From Reyranella sp. (GTDB taxonomy: Bacteria; Pseudomonadota; Alphaproteobacteria; Reyranellales; Reyranellaceae), in NCBI GenBank assembly GCA_030679805.1, contig JAUXST010000574.1, forward strand, positions 1 to 46,354: a stretch of DNA of 46,354 bases. Direction: 5' to 3'. The notes under the pieces were generated by a model that worked only from the letters and a program-made list of their open reading frames with translations, made no database searches and was not told the origin of the DNA. Shown here piece after piece: positions 38,549 through 46,354 of this stretch (its first letter is position 1; the number at the start of each line of letters is the position of its first letter). The position numbers were made by a program, and so were the translations under genes.

Positions 38549-39706
38549 CTACTTGGGCAGGCCGAACACCGCGGGCAGGCCGGCGCCGATGCGCTCGTTC
38601 ATCATCTCGATCGAACCATCAGTGTAGGCCGCGATCTTGGCGCCGGCGAGATGGCGGGCCAGCGGGTACTCGGCGCGCAAGCCATTGGCACCCATCGCCT
38701 GGATGCAGTCGGCGATGCGATTGACCGCCATGTCGGTGGCGAACTTCTTGGCATAGGCCGCCGGCAGCACGGCATCGCCCGCCTCGTCGATCAGGCGCGC
38801 CGCGCGATAGGTGAGAAGGCGCGCCGCCTCGAGATCGGTCGCCGCATCGACCAGCTTCCAGCGCACGCCCTGATGCTCGAGCACCGGCTGGCCGAAGGTC
38901 TGGCGCTGCTGGGTGTAGCGCACCGCCGTCTCGAGCGAGGCCTGCAGCATGCCACAGCACATGGCGGCGACATAGGCGCGGGCGCCGTTGATACCGGCGA
39001 GCGCCGCCTTGAACGCTTTGCCCGGTTCGTGCAGCACGGCCTCGTCGGGTGCGAAATAGTCGACCAGGCGGAAGCCGCCGACGCCGATGGCGTGACCGCC
39101 GTGCAGCTCGAACGGCTTGTCGCGCTCAAAGCCCGGCCGGTCGGCCTCGATCGCAAAGCAGGCGATGCCGCGATAGCCCTGGCTCTTGTCGGTCTGCGCA
39201 TAGGCCACGGACAAGCCCGCCACGGCGGCATTGGTGATCCAGGCCTTGGCGCCGTTCAGCTTCCAGCCGCCGTCGACGCGCGCCGCCGCCATCTCGAGCC
39301 CGCCGAAGTCGCTGCCGACGCCGGGCTCGCTGAGCCCCGCGCAGCCGATCACCTCGCCCGCGATCATGCGCGGCAGCAGGCGCGCGACGTGGCCGGGCTG
39401 GCCGTCGCGGGCAAAACGGGCGCAGGCGTTGTGATGATTGATCAGCGCAAAAGCGAAGGCGAAATCGTGCCGCGCGATCTCCTCGAAGGCGCGTAGCTTG
39501 CAGGAGAAGGACAGTCCCTGTCCGCCGTGCTGCTTGGCCAGCTCGATCGTGTTCAGGCCCTGGGCGCAGGCCGCCTTGATCGTCTCCAGCGGGTAGCGTC
39601 GTTCCCATTCCCAGCGCGCGGCGTTGGGCGCGACATGCGCCTCGGCGAAGGCCTTGGCGCGGGCCACGACGGCACGCTCCTCGGCGGTCAAAACTTCATC
39701 CAGCAT
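38549..39706 (-). CDS. Acyl-CoA dehydrogenase family protein
   Basis: LSEPGVGSD, LNGAKAWITN, RQTFGQP, QAMGANG, DGSIEM. ATG at 39706; the track's extension runs through the tRNA. Confidence 0.92.
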   Translation of the reverse strand: MLDEVLTAEERAVVARAKAFAEAHVAPNAARWEWERRYPLETIKAACAQGLNTIELAKQHGGQGLSFSCKLRAFEEIARHDFAFAFALINHHNACARFARDGQPGHVARLLPRMIAGEVIGCAGLSEPGVGSDFGGLEMAAARVDGGWKLNGAKAWITNAAVAGLSVAYAQTDKSQGYRGIACFAIEADRPGFERDKPFELHGGHAIGVGGFRLVDYFAPDEAVLHEPGKAFKAALAGINGARAYVAAMCCGMLQASLETAVRYTQQRQTFGQPVLEHQGVRWKLVDAATDLEAARLLTYRAARLIDEAGDAVLPAAYAKKFATDMAVNRIADCIQAMGANGLRAEYPLARHLAGAKIAAYTDGSIEMMNERIGAGLPAVFGLPK

Positions 39707-39763
39707 CGGCCTCAGATACACGATTGGACCTGCAGCGCAACCGCGGGCTAGAATGCCGACGAC

Positions 39764-39838
<75 letters not shown>

Positions 39839-39876
39839 AAATACAACGAACGATCGTTGCGGGCAGGAACGTCGAC

Positions 39877-41217
39877 ATGGATGCGGTGAATTCGGCGCCG
39901 GCCGCGGCTACCGGCGACTACGAAGCCGATGCGGCCGCCTTCTCGGCTTTCTGGTGCAACGCTCGCGACCAGCTCGACCGACTACCGGCGAAGGCGCAGC
40001 GCGATGCTGCCGCGGTCGGGGCTGCCGAGGCTCTCAAGCAGGCCGCCCGCGACGCGCGCTTCATCTTCCTGCGCGTCCACGCCCGCACCCTCTACGATCG
40101 GCTGACCGACGGGCGACGGAAGTTCGTGCGCATCGAGCGCCTCGCCTACGCCGCCGCCGATGCCGTCCCCGGCCTGGTTCCGACGCGCGCCGAGATTTCG
40201 GCCGAATCGGATTTGCGCCAGTCGGAGAAGGAAGGCCTGGAAATCGACCAGGGCATCCTGTTCAACCAGTTCCTCGCCGATCCCACGTGTGGGCTGCATC
40301 TCTGCCACGCCATGCTGCTGCCGCGCGAAGAATCCGCCGAAGCCTTGGCGAAATTCCTGCGCGATGGCCGGCTCGACCTGGGCACGGCCAAGGTCGAGCG
40401 CCAGGGCAAGGCGGCGGTGCTGCTGCTGTCCAATCCGCGCTTCCTCAACTCGGAGGACGTCTCAACCCAGTTGGCGACCGAGGTCGGCGCCGATGTCTGC
40501 ATTCTCGATCCCCAGAGCGAGGTCGCCGTGCTGCGCGGCGACGTGGTTCCCACGGGAAAGTATGCCGGTCGCCGCGTCTACAACTCAGGCATCAACCTCA
40601 CGCATCTCTACCACGGCCGTATCCCTTTCCTGTGGTTCCTGATCCGCGACATGGGCTTCGTGAACAAGATCGTGCGCGGCGTGGCGCGGCCCGACGTGGC
40701 GCCGGACGAGGTCATGGGCGATTCGATCGAAAAGCTCTGGATCTCGGCCGTCGACACCTTCGCCATCGGCGGCGGGTGCCAGATCCTGCTGGCCACCGAT
40801 TTCAACATCGCCGCCCGCGACGCCTACATGACCCTGCCTGCCCGCAGGGAGGGAATCATCCCGGCCATGGCGAACCTGCGGCTGGCGCGCTTCATCGGAG
40901 ACCGGATGGCCCGCCAAGCGATCATGTACGAGCGCCGCTTCGACTGCGATTCGGCGGAAGGGCGGCTGATCTGCGACGAGGTCGTGGAACCGGATGCCAT
41001 CGACCGGACGATCGATCATGTCGTCAGCAGGCTGACCGGCTCGGGCGTCGTGGGTGCAATCGGCAATCGCCGGGCGCTACGCCTCGCCGCCGAACCGCTC
41101 GATCTGTTCCGCCGCTATGCCGCGCTCTACGCGCGCGAGCAGGCCCTTTGCCACTTCAGCCCGGCCCTGATCATCAACCTCGAACACCACTGGAACGCCC
41201 AGAACCGCCGGGCCTGA
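39877..41217 (+). CDS. dpgC: Crotonase-superfamily protein, DpgC-like (3,5-dihydroxyphenylacetyl-CoA 1,2-dioxygenase homolog)
   Basis: VPGLVPT, EKEGLEIDQG, HAML.PR, LNSED, RVYNSGINL, EKLWISAVDTFAIGGGCQ, LPARREGIIP; ~446 aa with the DpgC-type N-terminal extension. Confidence 0.75.
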   Translation: MDAVNSAPAAATGDYEADAAAFSAFWCNARDQLDRLPAKAQRDAAAVGAAEALKQAARDARFIFLRVHARTLYDRLTDGRRKFVRIERLAYAAADAVPGLVPTRAEISAESDLRQSEKEGLEIDQGILFNQFLADPTCGLHLCHAMLLPREESAEALAKFLRDGRLDLGTAKVERQGKAAVLLLSNPRFLNSEDVSTQLATEVGADVCILDPQSEVAVLRGDVVPTGKYAGRRVYNSGINLTHLYHGRIPFLWFLIRDMGFVNKIVRGVARPDVAPDEVMGDSIEKLWISAVDTFAIGGGCQILLATDFNIAARDAYMTLPARREGIIPAMANLRLARFIGDRMARQAIMYERRFDCDSAEGRLICDEVVEPDAIDRTIDHVVSRLTGSGVVGAIGNRRALRLAAEPLDLFRRYAALYAREQALCHFSPALIINLEHHWNAQNRRA

Positions 41218-41245
41218 ATCGTCGGGCTCGATCAACGCTCGCGTT

Positions 41246-41836
41246 TCAGTGTTCGCGGGGCGCGTGCTTGCCGAGAATCCGCTGCAGGGTGCGCCGGTGC
41301 ATGTTGAGGCGACGCGCCGTCTCCGAAACGTTGCGGTCGCACTGCTCGAATACGCGCTGGATGTGCTCCCAGCGCACACGGTCGGCAGACATCGGATTGC
41401 TGGGCGGCGGCGGCAGCTTGCGGCCGTGGGCCGTCAGCGCCTGCTCGATCGCATCGGCGTCCGCCGGCTTGGCGAGATAGTCGACCGCACCTTCCTTCAC
41501 GGCGGCGACGGCGGTGGCGATGTTGCCGTAGCCGGTCAACACCACGATGCGTATGTCCGGCCGGGCCTGACGCAGCGGACCCACCAACTCCAGGCCGTTG
41601 CCGTCGCCCAGACGCAGGTCAAGGACGGCAAAGGCCGGCGGGCGGGCGGTCTGCGTCAGCGCCTCGGCGACCGAGCCGACAGCCGTCACGATGAAGCCGC
41701 GCAGTTCCAGCGCCCGCGCAATGCGGTTGCGGAACGCGGCATCGTCGTCGGCGATCAGCAGGGTCCGGTCCTTGTTGGACGTTGCGCCGGCGATTACCGG
41801 TGACACGGGGCGGCCGGCACCTGCGTCCTGGCTCAT
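41246..41836 (-). CDS. regA: Redox response regulator RegA/ActR/PrrA
   Basis: LDLRLGDG, LTGYGNIATAV, MSADRVRWEHIQRV...NVSETARRLNMHRRTLQRIL. Confidence 0.96.
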   Translation of the reverse strand: MSQDAGAGRPVSPVIAGATSNKDRTLLIADDDAAFRNRIARALELRGFIVTAVGSVAEALTQTARPPAFAVLDLRLGDGNGLELVGPLRQARPDIRIVVLTGYGNIATAVAAVKEGAVDYLAKPADADAIEQALTAHGRKLPPPPSNPMSADRVRWEHIQRVFEQCDRNVSETARRLNMHRRTLQRILGKHAPREH

Positions 41837-41859
41837 GGCGACTCCTTCGACATCGGCCG

Positions 41860-43233
41860 CTATGTAGCCTTGAAGACGGGATTTGGCCAGCGCACGGAGA
41901 CCACCGCCCCACCCCCCGGAACGGACCGATTTCCGAAGATCACGGTGGCTCCGGTGCGTTCCAGAAGCGTCTTAGCGATGAAGACGCCCAGGCCCATGTG
42001 GCCTTCCTCGCCCTGGCGGGTCGAAATAAAGGGCGTCCCGAGCTCGTCGAGCAGCGCGTCGGAGAACCCAGGCCCATCGTCGGTCACCACGACCTCGGAC
42101 CACTCGGTCGTCCAGCGCGTCGCGATTCGGATTTCGCTTCGCGCGAAGGAAACGGCGTTTTGCACGATGTTGCCGATACCCTGCATGATTTCCGGGCTAC
42201 GAACCTGGATCGGCGCCAGGGTTGGCGTGCCTTCACCGACCGGGCCCGACTCGTAGATGATGCCGATGGTGCCGCGATTGTAATTCTGCGCCGCCGCCTC
42301 GATCAGCGCCGGCAGGGGCACCAGGGTGTAGGCATCCGAGACGTCACCCGCTGGATCGACCGAAAGCCGTGCCAGGATCGAGCGGCAGCGGTCGGATTCG
42401 GCTGACAGCAATTCGACGTCTTCGCGCAGCGGATCGTCCTGCTCGATCTCGCGCAGCATCTCCTTGGCGACGACGGCGATGGTCGACAGCGGCGAGCCCA
42501 GTTCATGGGCTGCCGCCGCGGCCAGGGCGCCGAGCGCCGACAGGCGCTGCTCGCGCGCCAGAGCCGCCTGGGCCGCCGCCAGCGCATCCGCCATCTGCCG
42601 CGCTTCCTCGGCCAGCCGCCAGCCATAGAGCGTGATCAACATGGTTGTGAGCGTAAGCCCGGCCCAGGCACCCGCCTGATAAATGTCCGGCAGATCAAGC
42701 GGCGGCCCTCGCCATGGCAGCGGCTCGTGGAAGACTCCGAGGACCGCGATGATGACGATCGTCAGCAACGACAGTGCGATATTGCTGGCAAGCGACAGGA
42801 TGGTGGCGCCGATGGCGACGGGCGCCAGCAGGAGCAGCGCGAACGGGTTGAGCAGACCGCCGGTGAGGTAGAGCAGTACGGCGAGTTGCAGGACGTCGAA
42901 GGCGAGGAAGATCGTCGCTTCGCGGTCGTCGATGCGCGCCGACGCCGGCCGGCCGAGGCTAACGGTGAGATTGAGCAATGCAGAGAGTGCGATCGTGCCG
43001 CCGACCGCCAGGACCGGCAGGCCGAAGCCCAGGCCCCATTGCACGACTGCCGCGGTGAAGAACTGTCCGGCGACGGCGGCCCAGCGGATCAGCACCAGGG
43101 CGCGCAGGCGAACGCCGCCGCGCGGTGGCAGGCCGGGAGCGGCCCCGGCGCTTCCGGACCCGGGAGCAGCGGGCCCAGGATTGGTAGGCCCAGGACTGGT
43201 GGGCGACGAGATGATCTCGGCGCGCACCGTCAT
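41860..43233 (-). CDS. regB: Redox sensor histidine kinase RegB/ActS/PrrB
   Basis: Quinone-binding GGLLNPF, AAAAHELGSPL, redox Cys in RCRSIL, DDGPGF, MGLGVFIA. Confidence 0.95.
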   Translation of the reverse strand: MTVRAEIISSPTSPGPTNPGPAAPGSGSAGAAPGLPPRGGVRLRALVLIRWAAVAGQFFTAAVVQWGLGFGLPVLAVGGTIALSALLNLTVSLGRPASARIDDREATIFLAFDVLQLAVLLYLTGGLLNPFALLLLAPVAIGATILSLASNIALSLLTIVIIAVLGVFHEPLPWRGPPLDLPDIYQAGAWAGLTLTTMLITLYGWRLAEEARQMADALAAAQAALAREQRLSALGALAAAAAHELGSPLSTIAVVAKEMLREIEQDDPLREDVELLSAESDRCRSILARLSVDPAGDVSDAYTLVPLPALIEAAAQNYNRGTIGIIYESGPVGEGTPTLAPIQVRSPEIMQGIGNIVQNAVSFARSEIRIATRWTTEWSEVVVTDDGPGFSDALLDELGTPFISTRQGEEGHMGLGVFIAKTLLERTGATVIFGNRSVPGGGAVVSVRWPNPVFKAT

Positions 43234-43237
43234 CGGA

Positions 43238-44026
43238 TCACTCCTCGAGCATCAGGTGTTTGCGGTGGATCGTCGTGAACAGCGGGATCTTGCGCTGCTT
43301 CTTGCGATCGGGCGGCTCTTTCACCAGGCGACCGATCTCGCCCAGAATCAAACCGGTGATGGTTGGCAGCGGCAGCTCGCGCGCCTCGTCGAGGCGGACC
43401 CAGCGGATGTCGCCCATCTCGCTCGAATGCCGGATCTCGCCGCTCGCATCCTCGGCCCGGGCCATGAAGAAGCGGGCGTTGAAGCGGCGCGGTCGCCCGG
43501 GCGGCGTCACCGCGCGGGCGATCAGGTCGAGGCAATCGAGTGCGGGGCCCATGCCGGTGTCGAGGAAGCCCTGCCAGTGCTCGCCATAGTCCCTGTCCGG
43601 GACGCCGCCCTTCAGCGGCTTGCCCAGCATCAGACCGCTCTCCTCGAAGGTCTCGCGCACGGCCGCGACGGCCAGCGCGCGGGCGCGTAGCGCCGTCGCG
43701 GCCTTCTGCAGGCGGGCATTCACGAAGCGGTCGAGCGGCGTGGCGATCGGGACGTGCGCGTCGGCGCGGTCGACGCGGCCGCCGGGAAACACATAGCGGT
43801 TGGGCATGAAGGCATGTGCGGCGGCACGGCAACCCATCAGGACTTCGGGCGCCTTGCCCTTCATGCGCACGAGAATCAACGTCGCGGCATCGCGCGGCCG
43901 CATGTAGGGGTAGGTCTTCTCGATCTTCTCGACCGGGCGTTCGCTGCCGGGCTTCAGATCGCCGTGAACATAGCCTTTGTCGGTGCCGCGCACGACGGCG
44001 CCGGCGGGGATGCTTCGTTTGCTCAT
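43238..44026 (-). CDS. NUDIX hydrolase
   Basis: PRDAATL, FMPNRYVFPGG, AAVRETFEESG, TPPGRPRRF.ARFF. Confidence 0.9.
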   Translation of the reverse strand: MSKRSIPAGAVVRGTDKGYVHGDLKPGSERPVEKIEKTYPYMRPRDAATLILVRMKGKAPEVLMGCRAAAHAFMPNRYVFPGGRVDRADAHVPIATPLDRFVNARLQKAATALRARALAVAAVRETFEESGLMLGKPLKGGVPDRDYGEHWQGFLDTGMGPALDCLDLIARAVTPPGRPRRFNARFFMARAEDASGEIRHSSEMGDIRWVRLDEARELPLPTITGLILGEIGRLVKEPPDRKKQRKIPLFTTIHRKHLMLEE

Positions 44027-44049
44027 GCGAGCACGATAGACCAGCGGCC

Positions 44050-45105
44050 CTAGAACGACCAGCCGACGGGAGTATCGGGGCGAAATACGGTGATGGTCTT
44101 GGCCAATCCTGCGGCCAATCCCGGCACATCCACGCTTTCCGGCGCGTCGAGGGCCGCGGCGCGGAGCATCACCCGCTCCTCGTTGGCCGGCAGGCCGTAG
44201 AAACGCGGACCGTTCAGCGACGCGAAGGCCTCCAGCCGATCGAGGGCGTTCTCCTCGGCGAAGACCTGGGCATAGACCTGCATCGCCACCGGGGCGTTGA
44301 AGACGCCGGCGCAGCCGCAGGCGCATTCCTTGGTGTCGGCGGTGTGCGGCGCGGTATCGGTGCCGAGGAAGAATTGCGCGCCGCCCGAGGTCGCAGCGCG
44401 TCGCAGAGCGAGACGATGCTCCTCACGCTTGGCGATCGGCAGGCAATAGAAGTGCGGACGGATGCCGCCCTTGAAGATCGCATTGCGGTTGTAGCTCAAA
44501 TGATGCGGCGTGATCGTGCCACCCATGCGGCCGGGATTCGCTTCGACGAAAGCCACGCCTTCGCGGGTGGTGATGTGCTCCAGTACGATTTTCAGGCCCG
44601 GGTGGCGCTTCAGGAGCGGGGCCAGGGTCTTGTCCAAAAACACCGCCTCGCGGTCGAAGATATCGACCTCGGGATCGGTCACTTCGCCATGGACGAGGAG
44701 CGGCATGCCGGCCTTTTCCATCGCTTCCAGGCCTTTCGCGACGCGATCCATCGAGGTCACACCGTGCGCGGAATTGGTCGTGGCGTGCGCAGGATAGAGC
44801 TTGGCGGCCACCCAGACGCCCTCGTTCTTGCCGCGCAGCAGCTCGGCGGGATCGGCGCCGTCGGTGAGATAGCAGGTCATCAGCGGTTCGAATTTCAGGT
44901 CGGCCGGGACCGCAGCGCGGATGCGGTCGCGATAGGCCACCGCCTCGGCGACCTTGGTCACGGGCGGGACCAGGTTGGGCATGATGATGGCGCGGGCGAA
45001 CTGGCGGGCGGTGTGGACGGCGCAGGCTTTTAGCATGGCGCCGTCGCGCAGATGGACGTGCCAGTCGTCGGGGCGGCGGAGGGTGAGCGTTGAAGGCATA
45101 GGCAT
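44050..45105 (-). CDS. pyrC: Dihydroorotase (homodimeric type)
   Basis: PDDWHVHLRDG, MPNL, KLYPAHATTNS, HGE, EHITT, CLPIAK, GTDTAPH. Start at 45105 or 45099. Confidence 0.97.
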   Translation of the reverse strand: MPMPSTLTLRRPDDWHVHLRDGAMLKACAVHTARQFARAIIMPNLVPPVTKVAEAVAYRDRIRAAVPADLKFEPLMTCYLTDGADPAELLRGKNEGVWVAAKLYPAHATTNSAHGVTSMDRVAKGLEAMEKAGMPLLVHGEVTDPEVDIFDREAVFLDKTLAPLLKRHPGLKIVLEHITTREGVAFVEANPGRMGGTITPHHLSYNRNAIFKGGIRPHFYCLPIAKREEHRLALRRAATSGGAQFFLGTDTAPHTADTKECACGCAGVFNAPVAMQVYAQVFAEENALDRLEAFASLNGPRFYGLPANEERVMLRAAALDAPESVDVPGLAAGLAKTITVFRPDTPVGWSF

Positions 45106-45155
45106 AGGGCGCTTTCTAGCTTGCTCCCGGGCGGGCACCAATGTTGATTGCGGGC

Positions 45156-46220
45156 ATGAACACGATGAACAAGTTGAACGACGCCGTAGACTTCGCCAAA
45201 TCCGCCGAATCCCACTGGCCCAAAAGCATGCGGATGCCCGATGGGCAATTCGTGATGACCTACGATTCCGGCGAGAAGGCCCCGGACAACGAGGTCCTTG
45301 GCCCGGTAACGCCGCGCGGCGGCCACGCCGGCATCGTCTACCAGGGCGGCCAGAAGCTGGTCGAATGGGGCGACGTCGACAACGCCGACATGACCTTCAG
45401 CGTCGCCAAGAGCTACCTGGCGCTCCTCGCCGGCCTGGCGCTGGGCGACGGTCTCATAAAAAGCCTCGACGACAAGGCCGGCGACTACGCGCTCGATGAC
45501 GGCTTCAAGAGCGAGCAGAACAAGGACATCACCTGGCGCCACCTGCTGACCCAGACCAGCGAATGGTCGGGCAGCGTCTTCGGCAAGGAAGACCGCATCG
45601 ACCACAACCGCGTGGTCGGCGTCACCGTGGCCGACGCGCCCAAGGGCACGCGCCGCGCGATGAAGAAGCCCGGCACCTTCTACGAATACAACGACGTGCG
45701 CGTGAACCGGCTCAGCTACTCGCTGCTCCAGCTCTTCAAGGAGCCGCTGCCGTCGGTCCTGAAGCGCCGCATCATGGATCCGATCGGCGCGTCCAACGGC
45801 TGGAAATGGGACGGTTATAAAACTTCCACCGTCACCATCGACGGCAAGCAGATGCTCTCTGTCCCGGGCGGCGGGCACTGGGGCGGCGGCATCGTGATCT
45901 CGGCGCGCGATCTTTCGCTGATGGGACGGCTGGTCGCCAATGCCGGCGTCTGGGAGGGCAAGCAGATATTGCCGAAGGGCTGGACGGCGGAGCTGGTGAA
46001 GCCGTGCCCTGTCGCGCCGTTCTACGGGCTGATGTGGTGGCTCAATACGGACAGGCGGCAGTTTGCGGCAGCCTCCGAGCGCAGCTATTTCGCGCTGGGC
46101 TGGGGCAGCCACATCGTCTGGATCGATCCCGACAACGATCTGGTGACGGTGCTGCGCTGGATCGACCGCAAGAAGGCGCCGGGATTCGTCGAACGCCTGC
46201 TGGGTGCGATCAAACAATGA
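45156..46220 (+). CDS. Serine hydrolase, beta-lactamase-related family
   Basis: FSVAKS (SxxK), ITWRHLL, FYEYND, YGLMWW. Start at 45141, 45156 or 45165. Confidence 0.9.
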   Translation: MNTMNKLNDAVDFAKSAESHWPKSMRMPDGQFVMTYDSGEKAPDNEVLGPVTPRGGHAGIVYQGGQKLVEWGDVDNADMTFSVAKSYLALLAGLALGDGLIKSLDDKAGDYALDDGFKSEQNKDITWRHLLTQTSEWSGSVFGKEDRIDHNRVVGVTVADAPKGTRRAMKKPGTFYEYNDVRVNRLSYSLLQLFKEPLPSVLKRRIMDPIGASNGWKWDGYKTSTVTIDGKQMLSVPGGGHWGGGIVISARDLSLMGRLVANAGVWEGKQILPKGWTAELVKPCPVAPFYGLMWWLNTDRRQFAAASERSYFALGWGSHIVWIDPDNDLVTVLRWIDRKKAPGFVERLLGAIKQ

Positions 46221-46354
46221 GCCTCGATTACTCGGCCGTGCCGAAAATGCCGGATGGACGAAGTGCGGCCGAACACATTCTGACAATCGAAAGCACTGCG
46301 TCAGAAGTTGTCCGGGTGCCCATGGGGAACGGCGGCAAGATGACCTGGCACGTC
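46217..46354 (+). CDS. 5' fragment of the next gene, possibly an alpha/beta hydrolase (truncated)
   Basis: ATGA overlap with the serine hydrolase stop; reads MSLDYSAVPK...GNGGKMTWHV, open to the window end. Confidence 0.55.
   Translation, partial: MSLDYSAVPKMPDGRSAAEHILTIESTASEVVRVPMGNGGKMTWHV

Noticed and set aside
45156-46220. Beta-lactam resistance gene
   Set aside because: SxxK family hydrolase with no signal peptide and no KTG motif; more likely a cytoplasmic esterase or amidase.

Overview
GC-rich alphaproteobacterial chromosome segment (Reyranella/Rhodospirillales-like by gene content and order; this is inference), mostly core genes. The left half is the conserved minus-strand cluster DUF2333-tauE-TIGR02186-usp-nifU-tsaB-rimI-fur-olsB-olsA-miaB-phoH-ybeY-corC-lnt-XRE-metK, interrupted by AKR, tusA, ddpX and bax, and followed by a HlyB-type T1SS ABC transporter. 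The middle (22.7-31.2 kb) is an accessory zone: an unexplained ~450 bp intergenic region with a near-consensus sigma70 promoter and GCCCA repeats, a MarR/P-loop kinase pair, a REP doublet, gloB, an operon ending in a GNAT-metallophosphoesterase fusion, and a 2 kb three-gene cassette bounded by CTAGAGC inverted repeats. The right half holds metXW under a SAM-II riboswitch plus terminator, chorismate mutase-hisC-tyrC-chaC, TetR, a Cys/Met PLP enzyme, an acyl-CoA dehydrogenase, tRNA-Gly(CCC) followed by an orphan DpgC-like dioxygenase, RegB/RegA, NUDIX, pyrC and a serine hydrolase. I saw no CRISPR array, transposase or integrase. Best novelty candidates: CTAGAG-bounded inserts between convergent stop codons, the orphan DpgC homolog, the GNAT-phosphoesterase fusion, and a candidate promoter-driven ncRNA. 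All calls come from reading motifs by eye; no database searches were run.
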